Origin: Torpedo marmorata
Taxonomy: Eukaryota
Reading direction: 5' to 3'
Assembly (NCBI GenBank): GCA_977017645.1
Contig: OZ360226.1
Span: 140,678,001 to 140,742,000, forward strand
Length of the DNA stretch: 64,000 nucleotides
Part shown: positions 11,548 through 22,309 of the stretch, in pieces
Position numbering within the stretch: the first letter of the stretch is position 1
How the letters are laid out: every line of letters starts with the position of its first letter
Translations under genes and position numbers: made by a program
The notes under the pieces: generated by a model
Database searches by the model: none
What the model saw: the letters and a program-made list of their open reading frames with translations, nothing else
Told to the model about the DNA's origin: nothing

Positions 11548-13470
11548 CATCAATTCTTAATGCAATTAATTTTGATAAAATTTTGTAATCTGAATTCAAA
11601 GGTTAAGGGGCCGATAAGAAGTACATTTTTGACGGTCCTTGTCAGGTTTTGGCAGTAATATTATTGTAGCCAATTCCAGAGAGCTAGGCAGAGTTTTATT
11701 AGTCAGTGCTTCCTTAAACATGTTTGTTAAAGGGGTTAAAAGCTTATCTGAAAAGGCTTTAAAGTATTCAATTGGAAAACCATCTGGCCCCAGAGTTTTA
11801 TTGTTCTGTGGAGACTTCATAGCACCAAGAACCTCTTCTTCAGATATATCAGCGTCAAGAAGATCATTGTCCTTAGGATCTAACTTAGGCAGAGTTAATG
11901 AGTTGAAGAAAAGTGTTGCTTTGGTGTTTTTTTATATCATGACCTGTCTTATATAGTGTTTCATAAAACTTTCTAAATTCTTGATTAATGTCCTGTGGAT
12001 TAATGAGGGATTTGCCATCATCCGTAACAATAGATTGAATAAATCTATCAGTCTCTTCCTTTTTTTATTTGCCAGGCTAATAACCTACTAGTTTTGTTTC
12101 TGAATTTGTAATAGTGATAGTTGGTCCTGGCCATGTCTGCCTCAACTTTACTTGTACATAAATTATTATATTGGATCCGTTTAAAAGCTAGTGTGTTAAG
12201 TACTTCTTCACTTTTAGTAAAAGCATGTTCACGTTCAAGATTTCTAATCTCTTCCTCTAAAGATACAAGAGTTTTCCTTTTTTCTCTTATCTTATGCGTG
12301 CTGTATGAAAGGACTTGTCCTCTCATATATGCTTTTAAAGCCTCCCATATGTTAGCGTGGGTAGAAGAATTTGAATTGGTTTCCATAAATAAATCAATGT
12401 GGCTGTTCATAAATCTAATAAATTTGGGATCCTTAAGCATATATGTTTTAAATCTCCGACTATAAGATGATGATTGTGTAATATCCATCTTCCAAGTCAT
12501 TTTTATTGGATTATGGTCAGAAAGTATAGCCGGTAGATAGGAGCATTCAGTAACCCTGGGTACCATACTTTGGGATATTAGAAACATGTCAATTCTAGAA
12601 TAGGAACCGTGGACATTTGAAAAGAAGGAAAAGTCCTTTACATTTGGATTAAGTTGACGCCAAATATCGCATAACCCCAAATCCCTCATACCCTGGTCCA
12701 GAACCGACATTGCCCTTGAACGATTAAAAGATCTTGGTGTAGATCGGTCCATTGCTGGGTCTAGGACCAGATTGAAGTCACCACCTACCAGACAGTGGTC
12801 CAAAGCTGTCGTAAGTTTTAATACCAAATCATTAACAATCATGATGATCCTGCTTTCTTTAATTTAATTTAATTTAAAAATTAAATTAAAGAAAGCAGGA
12901 TCATCGTGATTGGAGCCATATACATTAACAAGTGTGACCCTGTTCATATTCAGTTCACAATTAACTAAAAGAAGTCTGCCGTTCTTGTCTTTTTCTGTTG
13001 ATAATAGTTTAATCCTCACGTTTTTATTAACGAGTATAGCTACTCCCCTTGCTTTTGTGGTAAATGAAGAATAGTGAACATGTCCAACCCAATCCCTTTT
13101 TAACTTTATATGTTCTGTATCAGAGAGATGAGTCTCTTGAATGAACGCTATATCAGTGGAATGTCTCTTTTAATATGTAAGAATTTTTTTCCTCTTAATT
13201 GGAGAATTAATCCCCCTTACATTCAAAGAGATTATTTTAAGTTGACTGGTCATACCTTAAAGAAAATGAAAAATAATAGATACCTCAGAGCATAAAGATA
13301 GAGCGAGAGCTATGAGAGTGAGAGTAATTAAGAAACAGAACCATACCGTATCCCTGTATGAGACCCACCCGTTAACGCCCCCTAAATTAAGCATCCCCAG
13401 AGGGTAGGCTACTCTCTCTAAATGTACAAGGGTTCTCAACAGTTACAGAAAAATGTAATAAACATTAAAC

Positions 13471-13714
13471 TGAAGTCGTTCGCGTTTTGTCTAAACACTG
13501 AGTTTAATGGTTAACATTACAGCTCAAACAAAACCGTGAATGGCTTTAACTTGCCGGCCGCAAAAGTCAAGAAGAAGGCACTGTGGTCCCGTGCATCGTG
13601 TCAGCTGTTCTCTGATAAGAGCCAGTGCTCTAGCTCCCGCGAGTGCTCGAGCTCTCGCGAGTGCCCGACCCTGCCGAATGACGGCTTGAGATCTAAGTGG
13701 CTCGACCCACCACA
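13471..13714 (-). repeat. Gypsy 3' LTR
   Basis: Direct repeat of 19270-19505 with small indels. Confidence 0.93.
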
Positions 13715-16649
13715 TGACCCCCCCCAGAACCGGAGTATTGGAGACGGTTAGGCTGTCGAGTGAGGCGGCCTGATTTTGTGCATGTGTCTCCCGTGTTCGA
13801 GGTTGCAGCTGGTTGAGTTGAGGGTGGGTTTGGTCGTGAGGGTGGACCCCCTCTGCAGCGGGGTTGTGCCACCTGCACTGGTTGGTCAATGTCCAAGTGT
13901 GCCGGCTGAAGACAGTCCACGGAGACCGTCTCGTGTCTGCCACCCATGTCAATTATGAAAGCCGTGGTGTCATTTTGCAGTACTCTGAAGGGTCCCTCGT
14001 AAGGCTTTTGCAGAGGTGTACGTTGAGAATCTCGTCGAAGGAAAATGTACTGGCAGTCCTTGAGGTCGGGTGGGACGTACGTGGCTGTGAGACCGTGTCG
14101 GGATGTTGGGACTGGAGAAAGCGTGCCCACTTTCTCACGGAGGCACATCAGCATGGTTGCGGGCGTTTCTTAATGTGCACGTGCCGCCGGGATGAAATCC
14201 CCTGGGACCGTAAGCAGGACACCGTACACCAGCTCGGCCGAGGAATTTGCCAGGTCCTCCTTGGGGGCAGTGCGTATACCTAGCATGACCCACGGCAATT
14301 CGTCCATCTGGTTTGGGCCCGTGAGCCGTGTTTTGAGGGATGCCTTCATGTGCCGGTGATAACGTTTGATTGCGGGTGGTAGGCAGTTGTGTGGTGCAGC
14401 TTAGTGCCAAGCAGCCGCGCCATTGCTGACCACAGCTCGGAGGTGAACTGCGTACCTCTGTCGGAGGAGATGTTCCCTGGCACGCCAAAGCAAGCGATCC
14501 AGTGGGCGATGAGGGCACGTGCACAGGTCGCAGTGGAGGTATCAGAGCGGGACGGCCTCCGGGCACCTTGTGAATCTGTCAACGATGGTGAAGAGGTGGG
14601 TGACACCTCTGGATGGGGGCAGCGGTCCAGCGATGTAGACGTGGATGTGGTCGAAACACCGGTGTGTCAGGGTGAACGACTGCAGAGGTGCTTTGATGTG
14701 TCTCTGAATCTTGGAGGTTTGACAGGGGATACACGCTCTGGCCCCGTTGCCAACCTGTTTGTGCAACCCATGCCATATGAACTTGGCTGCCATAAGTTCC
14801 TTCGTTGCCCGGATGGAAGGATGAGCTAGGCCGTGAACCATGTCGAAAATCCGGTGGCGCCAGGCAGCGGGGATAATGGGTCTTGGCTGTCCCGTAGACA
14901 CGTCGCAGAGGAGTGTGGTGTCAGCGGGCCCGAATCTCACATCCTCCAACTTTAGGCCTGAGATGGCGGTGCAGTAGGCGAGCATCTCTTCATCATTTCG
15001 TTGAGCGGCCGCCACGGCCATGTAATCGACACCTGGGGTCAGAGTGTGGATGGCATTGATGGCCGTGCGGGACAACGCATCTGCGACCTGGTTGCTCTTG
15101 CCTGAGTTATGCTGGACGCAAGTCGTGTATTCCGAGACGTAGGTCAGGTGGCGCTGCTGTCGGGCTGACCAAGGATCAGACACTTTGGCAAAGGCAAACG
15201 TGAGTGGTTTGTGGTCCGTGAAAGCTGTGAAATTCCTGCCCTCGAGGAAGTAGCGGAAATGTCGGATGGCGAGGTAGAGAGCGAGGAGCTCCAGGTCGAA
15301 AGCGCTGTATCTCTGCTCGGGCAGTCTCAGGTGGCGACTGTAAAAGGCGAGGGGCTGCCAGCTACCATTGGTCAGTTGCTCCAGCACTCCGCCTACGGCT
15401 GTGCCTCATGCGTCGACCGTGAGAGCTGTTGGTGCGTTGGCTCGTGGATGTACCAGCATTGTTGCCTTTGCCAGCGCGTTGTTGGTGTTATTGAACGCGG
15501 CCGTGGCCGCGTCGTCCCAAATGAGCTCTTTCGGCTTGTTGGCCAGGGCCTTGAACAGCGGTTGCATTATCCTGGATGCTGCTGGCACGAAACGGTGGTA
15601 AAAGTTGACCATACCGACAAACTCTTGGAGTCCTTTCACAGTAGAGGGTTTGGAAAACTTTCAAATAGCCTCGACCTTGGTCAGGAGTGGGACCACTCCG
15701 TGCTGGTTGATGTGGTGGCTGAGGAAGTATATGGCAGTGAGGCCAAACTGACACTTGGCAAGGTTGATCGCCAGGCCATGCTCATCGAGCCTCTGGCTGA
15801 GCTGCCAGAGGTGTGCGCGGTGTTCCTGGCGAGAGCGGCTGGCGATTAGGATATCGTCGAGGTATACAAAGTCCAGTCCGCGGCCCACCTTGTCCATGAG
15901 CCGCTGGAAAGCTTGGGTGGCATTCTTGAGGCCGAAAGGCATGCGCAGAAACTCGAAGAGCCCGAACAGGGTGATGAGAGCCGTCTTGGGGATGTCGTCT
16001 GGGTTGACTGGAATCTGATTGTAGCCGCGTAATAGGTCGATCTTGGAAAATATCTTGGCATCGTTCAAGTTTGCCTGGATGTGAGGGACAAAGTACCGGT
16101 CAGGTGTTGTGACCTCGTTAAGACGCGGTAGTACCCACAGGGTCTCCAGCCCTCAGATGCTTTAGGGACCATGTGAAGCGGGGATGCCCATGGGCTGTCT
16201 GAACGGTACAATATGCCCATTTCCTCCATCTTGCGGAACTCGTCTTTGGCCAGTTGGAGCTTGTCAGGGGGCAGCCTACGTGCGCGTGCATAGAGTGGCG
16301 GTCCGGTGGTGAGGATATGGTGTTACACCCCATGTTTGGGGCTGGCCACTGTGAACTGGTGAGTTATGATGTACGGGAAATTGGCCAAGATCCTGGCATA
16401 CTCGTTGTCGGAGAAGGTTACCGAGCCGAGGTGGGGCGCAGTCAATTCGGCGTTGCGCAATGCGATCGACTCGAATGTCTTGGAATTAACGAGACGTTGT
16501 CTTTTCACGTCGACCAGCAGGGAGTGCGCCCGGAGGAAGTCGGCGCCCAGCAGCGGTTGTGAGACGTCGGCGATGGTAAAGGTCCACTTGAAGCGACAGG
16601 AGTTAAAGTTGAGCGGGATCGCTGCTGTTGGCGGCGGTCAGGGAAGTAC

Positions 16650-18427
16650 GCTTCTTAGAGAATCAGAGCGGAAAACTGTGTGTGGAGCCTAGAGAAATGG
16701 GGGAGATATTGAACAGTTTCTTTTCTTCGGTATTCACCAAGGAGAAGGATATTGGGATATGCGAGATAAAAAAAGCAAATTGGGTAAATATGGAGAATAT
16801 AGTGATTACGAAAGATGTAGTGTTAGGGCTTTTGAGGCATATAAAGGTGGATAAGTCTCCGGGACCCGACGGGATCTTCCCCAGGACCTTGAGAGAAGTA
16901 AGTGAGGAAATAGCAGAGGCTCTGACGGTGATTTTCCAAATGTCATTAGAGATGGGGATAGTGCCGGAGGATTGGCGTATTGCGCATGTGGTTCCGTTAT
17001 TTAAAAAGGGTTCAAGGAGGAAGCCTGGCAATTATCGGCCTGTAAATTTGACGTCTGTGGTAGGTAAATTAATGGAGAAAGTTCTTAGAGATAGTACTTA
17101 TAAATATCTGGATAGACAGGGTCTGATCAGGAACACTCAACACGGATTTGTGAGCGGAAGGTCCTGTTTGACCAATCTGATTGAATTTTTTGAAGAGGTG
17201 ACTAGGAATGTGGATGAGGGTAGCGCAGTGGATGTTGTCTATATGGACTTCAAGTAAGGCCTTCGATAAAGTACCACATGGAAGGTTAGTTAGGAAGGTG
17301 CAGTCTTTAGGTATAAATTTTGAGATAGTCAAGTGGATTGAACATTGGCTGAAAGGGAGAGGCCAGAGAGTGGTAGTGGATAATTGTCTGTCAGGTTGGA
17401 GGCCGGTGACCAGTGGTGTGCCTCAGGGATCTGTATTGGGCCCATTGTTGTTCGTTATATACATTAATGATCTAGATGATGGGGTGGTGAACTGGATTAG
17501 TAAATATTCAGATGATACTAAGATAGGTGGAATAGTGGATAATGAAGAAGGTTTTCAAGGATTGCAGAGGGATTTGGGCTGCTTAGAAAAGTGGGCTGAA
17601 AAATGGCAAATGGAGTTTAATGCTGATAAGTGTGAGGTGCTTCATTTTGGTAAGAAGAATCAGAACAGGACATACGTAGTAAATGGGAGAGCATTGATGA
17701 ATACAGAAGAGCAGAAAGATTTAGGAATAACGGTGCATCGTTCCCTGAAGGTAGAAACTCATGTGAATAGGGTGGTGAAGAAGGCTTTTAGTATGCTGGC
17801 CTTTATCAATCATTGCATAGATTATAGGAGTTGGGAAGTGATGTTGAGATTATATAAGGCGTTGGTGCGGCCTAGTTTAGAGTTCTGTGTGCAGTTCTGG
17901 TCGCCAAATTATAGGAAGGATATCAACAGAGTGGAGAGAGTGCAGAGAAGATTTACCAGAATGTTACCTGGGTTTAAGCATCTAGAGTACAAGGAGAAAT
18001 TGAGCAGATTAGGTCTTTATTCTTTGGAGCTTAGAAGGTTGAGAGGGGATTTGATAGAGGTATTTAAGATTATGAAAGGGATAGACAGAGTGGATGTGGA
18101 TAGACTATTTCCATTAAGAATAGGAGAGATTGAAACAAGAGGACATGAGTTAAGAGTTGAGGGGCAGAGGTTTAGAGGTAACATGAGGGGGAAGTTCTTT
18201 ACTCAGTGAGTGGTAGCGGTGTGGAATGAGCTTCCGGGAGAAGTAGTGGCGGCAGAGTCAATTTTATTATTTAAGAAAAAGTTGGACAGGTATATGGATG
18301 AGAAGGAAGTGGAGGGTTATGGGCAGGGTGCAGGTAGGTGGGACTAGAGAGGAGTGTTTGGTTCGGTGCGGACTAGAAGGGCCTAATGGCTGTTTCCGTG
18401 CTGTAATTGTTATATGGTTATATGGTT
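16650..18427 (+). mobile_element. 5'-truncated CR1 LINE inserted in the Gypsy protease region
   Basis: ORFs 16628-17257 and 17208-18209 (KSPGPDG, QHGF, GVPQGSVLGP, YSDD); tail (ATATGGTT)n. Confidence 0.93.
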
Positions 18428-19254
18428 AATGAGTGTCGGTGCCCGAGGGGGGCAAAACACTGACCTCTGCTCCTGTGTCAATGAGAAAACGCCGCCCCGA
18501 ATGACGATCCCAGGTGTAGAGGAGTCTGTCTTTTTTGCCGGACGCAGATGCCACTATCGACGGCCGGCCGAGGCGTTTCCCGGATGCGTGCAAGGTGGTC
18601 GACATCAGCGAGCCATGGAGCTCCACCTTTGGTGGTAGTAGCACCACTTGTCCTTGGCGCCGTTCGAGGCCGACGTCACTGTCGCTCCTTCTTTGGAGGC
18701 TGGGACCGTTCGTATTTACCTTCTGAGGCACAGGTTAATGGTTACTTCCCCCTGCTGTTTGGCCTGCCACAGCACGTCCGCACGGGCTGCCAGCCGTCGG
18801 GGGTCGGTGAAGTCGTCATCCGCGAGGAGCAGGCAGATGTCCTCAGGCATTTGCTTGAGGAAAACCTGTTCGAAAAGGAGGCAGGGCTTGTGTCCATCCA
18901 TTTCGTTCATGAGCATGGATGGTTTGCGGTTGCCTAGGCCATCCATGTGCAGGAGTCTTGCCGCCCTGTCGCGGCGGGTGAGATCGAATGTGTGCTTGAG
19001 GAGTGTCTTGATCCCTTCGTACTTGTTGTCGGCTGGTGGTTGGCGAAGGTAATCGATGATGCGCCCGGTGGTTTCTTGGTCCAGCGCACTGACCACGTCG
19101 GCAGTTATCTGGCGGATGTGGAATTGGGCTTCGGCCTGTTCAAACCACACTTGCAGTTGTGATGTCCAGAAGGTGGATAGTTTGAGCGAAACTGCGTTCT
19201 GTTGATCTGGGTTGTCTCCAAGCATTATGAAATCCAAAAGAGGCCGTTTTGGAT

Positions 19255-19268
19255 CGTCAGGGTCACCA
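19255..19268 (-). promoter_or_regulatory. Primer-binding site complementary to the tRNA-Trp 3' end
   Basis: TGGTGACCCTGACG next to the 5' LTR; one CpG-type change from TGGTGACCCCGACG. Confidence 0.75.
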
Positions 19269-19269
19269 A

Positions 19270-19505
19270 TGAAGTCGTTTGCGTTTTGTCTAAACACTGA
19301 GTTTAATGGTTAACATTGTAGCTCAAACAAAACCGTGAACGGACAAGGATTGCTTTAACTTGCCGGCCGCAAAAGTCAAGAAGAAGGCACGGTGGTCCCG
19401 TGCGTCGTGTCAGCTGTTCTCTGATAAGAGCCAGTGCTCTAGCTCTCGCGAGTGCCCAACCCCGCCGAATGACGGTTTGAGATCTAAGTGGCTCGACCCG
19501 CCACA
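19270..19505 (-). repeat. Gypsy 5' LTR
   Basis: Direct repeat of 13471-13714; followed on the minus strand by the PBS. Confidence 0.93.
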
Positions 19506-19878
19506 AAACCACATTAATTAAGAATTCTAGGTTCTACAGCCTCTAAATGAGTACAATCAAGACCTAGGAGCATGTACATAAAACCTGTTCTATTCATGTT
19601 TAGAACTTAGGTTATAACGTATGCAAATGTTTAGTAAAAGGAACATCACAAATCAAAAATATCTTAAGGTACTAGTGTGAGACAAAATGTCGAGTCAAAA
19701 GTTAGAGATGTATTTTCCATAATAGCCAGGTGGGAAAGTATCCATATTGTAAAACTTACTCAGGTCCTCATATCAGAATCACAGCGGTCCATCTGATGAT
19801 TAAGTAAAAAGTCACTCGATGTTTGGAGTGCATAAGCATCACAGTGACCCGTCCGTTGTGCACGGGGCAAGAAGACTA

Positions 19879-20721
19879 TCAATCATCATTGTCGATAATT
19901 TTCAAAAACTCCACCACTGCAGCAGGAGTAACAAACCTCTTGGTGACTCGCTTGTGCATAATCCAAAGTTTAGCTGGATAGTGCAGGGAATAGTCGATGC
20001 CCCTCTCCCATAGGCTCTTCTTAACCTCCTTGAAGGCGTCCTTGAGGCGTTGCAAGCTCGGACTGCAGTCGGGAAATATGTAAATCCTGTTATTTTCATA
20101 GTAAATGTCTCCTTTTTGCCTGGCCAGGCGCATAATCTTCTCCTTGTTCTTAAAGTTGAGGAGCTTCGCGATTATATGTCTCGGTCTCCGTGAGTCATCG
20201 CCGGTGGGGGATTTTCCCAAGCAGATGATAGGAGTAGAAAAGTTTTCAACGCCGAAAATTTCTGATATGATTCGCTCCAAATATCCAGCTGCATCGCGAG
20301 CTTCAGCTTTCTCAGGGAGATTAAGTATCTGAATATTGTTTCGCCTGCTCCTGATTTCCAGGTCGTCCATCTTGTCTTTCAACGACTGCACCTCTTTTTC
20401 CAATTTCTCGACATGCGTGGTGGCTTCTTTTATGTTGTCTTCATTGGCCGATATGCACCCCTGTATTTCCTTGACATGGTCAGCTAGTGTTGATAGTGCA
20501 GATTCTATTTTAATTAATGAGGACTGGATGTCAGTTGTTTTAGTATCAATTTGTATTGATATTTCTTCTGTGCTTTGCCGAATGGCCGTCATGACCTTCT
20601 CGAGGGAAAACTTTCCCCCTTTTCCAGAGTCGGTCGCCATCTTTGCAAAGTACGAGAGTCTGGTTGTTCCTTCAGTTAACAATAAAATATCCTTCTTACT
20701 CCTAAGATTATACTTTGCCAT
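19879..20721 (-). pseudogene. L1 ORF1p-like (coiled coil, RRM, CTD) of the full-length L1
   Basis: Coiled coil followed by DDLEIRSRRNNIQILNLPE, RPRHIIAKLL, IYIFPD and YPAKL motifs of L1 ORF1. Confidence 0.88.
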
Positions 20722-20959
20722 GCAGCACTAGCAAGTGAAGTTTGTTTTGAAAGTTTTAGGAATGCGGTTTTGACAATAAGATAGCAAAATAAAGATAACT
20801 GTTGAGGTATACCCAGGGAGCTCACGTTTGCATGTCCTTCCTTGTCGCTGCCTCACGTGATCCCCTTGCAAACATTTTTAGTAGTTTTCTTGCATGTGTC
20901 GGTATTTAATTATGAATGTAAAGTATTTTTTGGGCAGTGTATCCAACTTGATTCTAATT

Positions 20960-21140
20960 GGCCAGCATGACTTGATTCTAATTAACCTGACCAGCATGCC
21001 TGAAGAAATCAGTACATCTGAAGGAATCCCACATGGTCACAGGGAGAATATGCAGACTCTACATAGACACACTGAAAGTCAGGATTGAACCTGGGCCCTT
21101 GTATCTCTGAGGCAGCAGTGCTAACTGCCATGCCACCATC
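20960..21140 (-). mobile_element. Decayed tRNA-derived V-SINE-like element
   Basis: Minus strand GGTGGCATGGCAGTTAGCAC...GGTTCAATCC...ATTCTCCCTGTGACCATGTGGG resembles the SINEs at 56602 and 60121. Confidence 0.6.
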
Positions 21141-21475
21141 TTGCCTTAGGCTGCGGCAAGAGCAGCTGGCAGAACGGACAGACAGTGTCATTGAAACCAC
21201 TGAACAAAATTTTTAATGCCAACAATTCCAAAGTGTGTGTAGCAAGACCTGAATGTATATATGCATAAATTCTTGAATGTGACTCTGCTTATTGAGAAGG
21301 TGGTCAGTAAAGCATAACAATTTATAAATAGAAACAGATTGCAAATGAAGGGAGATTTGTTGAAACCATATAAAACACTCTTTAGGCCATGGAGTCTGAG
21401 CATTGTTGATTTTTTATTGTATTATACCACTTTTAACCACTGACCAAGTATTATTTCTACCATTGTTTTTAATAG

Positions 21476-21558
21476 CAATTGAGCCAATTTTGGTACAGTG
21501 ATCAAACTGCTCAACGACTAGCCCAGGAGGCAATTGAAGCTGCAGGAAGAGGCAGCAG
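21476..21558 (+). CDS. EEF1AKMT1: EEF1AKMT1 coding exon 2
   Basis: AG/GT-bounded 83-nt exon QLSQFWYSDQTAQRLAQEAIEAAGRGS(R). Confidence 0.95.
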
Positions 21559-21698
21559 GTATGCATTCTCTTTCCATATGACCTTAAGATATAGGAGCAG
21601 AAGTGGGCCACTTGGCCCATTGAGACCGCTACGCCAGTAGGGTCAGTAGCTCAATGTTCTTCTGGTGCATTGTGTTATGTATCAGTTAGTAGATGTAT

Positions 21699-22016
21699 AA
21701 CTTACTCAGGTCCTCATATCAGAATCACAGCGGTCCATCTGATGATTAAGTAAAAAGTCACTCGATGTTTGGAGTGCATAAGCATCACAGTGACCCGTCC
21801 GTTGTGCACGGGGCAAGAAGACTATCAATCATCATTGTCGATAATTTTCAAAAACTCCACCACTGCAGCAGGAGTAATAAACCTCTTGGTGACTCGCTTG
21901 TGCATAATCCAAAGTTTAGCTGGATAGTGCAGGGAATAGTCGATGCCCCTCTCCCATAGGCTCTTCTTAACCTCCTTGAAGGCGTCCTTGAGGCGTTGCA
22001 AGCTCGGACTGCAGTC
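21699..22016 (-). repeat. 318-bp near-identical copy of 19753-20070 (end of L1 ORF1)
   Basis: Identical ORFs 19819-20013 and 21765-21959; constant 1946-bp offset; only one mismatch noticed. Confidence 0.92.
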
Positions 22017-22090
22017 AGTAACTAAGACGTGAAATAGGAATGTTCTACATTTTATCTCTGATACTGTTTTGCATTAGCTAATCTCAGTAT

Positions 22091-22164
22091 GGCTCCATAG
22101 CTCAGTGGTTAGAGCACTGGTCTTGTAAACCAGGGGTTTGCGAGTTCGTTCCTTGCTGGGGCCT
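22091..22164 (+). tRNA. tRNA-Thr(TGT)-like sequence, probably a SINE head or pseudogene
   Basis: GGCTCCATAGCTCAGTGGTTAGAGCACTGGTCTTGTAAACCAGGGGT...GAGTTCG...GCTGGGGCCT; cloverleaf with TGT anticodon but variable-loop and T-arm changes and no oligo-T terminator. Confidence 0.8.
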
Positions 22165-22288
22165 CACCTCTGTGAGGGGCACTGGACAAAGTAGCGACTC
22201 TGTCTTCCTTACGGTAGACAAAGTTAAAGAATTTCATGTATGTTACATTCTAAATGTAGTATTACGTGACAATAATGGAACCTTTACC
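22091..22288 (+). mobile_element. Candidate tRNA-Thr-headed SINE with a LINE-like 3' tail
   Basis: tRNA head followed by about 120 nt ending GTGACAATAATGGAACCTTTACC, similar to the TGACAATAA 3' ends of the Rex-Babar elements in this window. Confidence 0.6.
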
Positions 22289-22309
22289 AATGATTTCATA
22301 TGATATGAC

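Larger units (their letters stand above)
13471..19505 (-). mobile_element. Ty3/Gypsy LTR retrotransposon (decayed gag-pol), nested in the L1 inter-ORF region
   Basis: LTRs 19270-19505 and 13471-13714 (TG...CA); 4-bp TSD AAAC; gag 18716-19297; protease FLIDTGAEVS; RT MPFGL/YLDD (15661-16068); RNase H-integrase (14542-15387, H-H-C-C); G-rich PPT at about 13718-13730. Confidence 0.95.
6934..20865 (-). mobile_element. Full-length decayed L1 element interrupted by several nested insertions
   Basis: 15-bp TSD TTGCAAACATTTTTA (6919-6933 / 20866-20880); 5' end GGGGATCACGTGA; ORF1 19879-20721; APE endonuclease about 12048-13260 (GGDFN, YSRID, SDH); RT fragments 9035-11820; Cys-rich end 7164-7878. Confidence 0.92.

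Noticed and set aside
13524-19512. Many overlapping ORFs on both strands
   Set aside because: Shadow frames and frameshifted pieces of the GC-rich Gypsy gag-pol and the nested CR1; no env-like gene seen
22091-22164. Bona fide tRNA-Thr gene
   Set aside because: An extra base, T-arm mismatches and no oligo-T terminator; kept only as a tRNA-like SINE head
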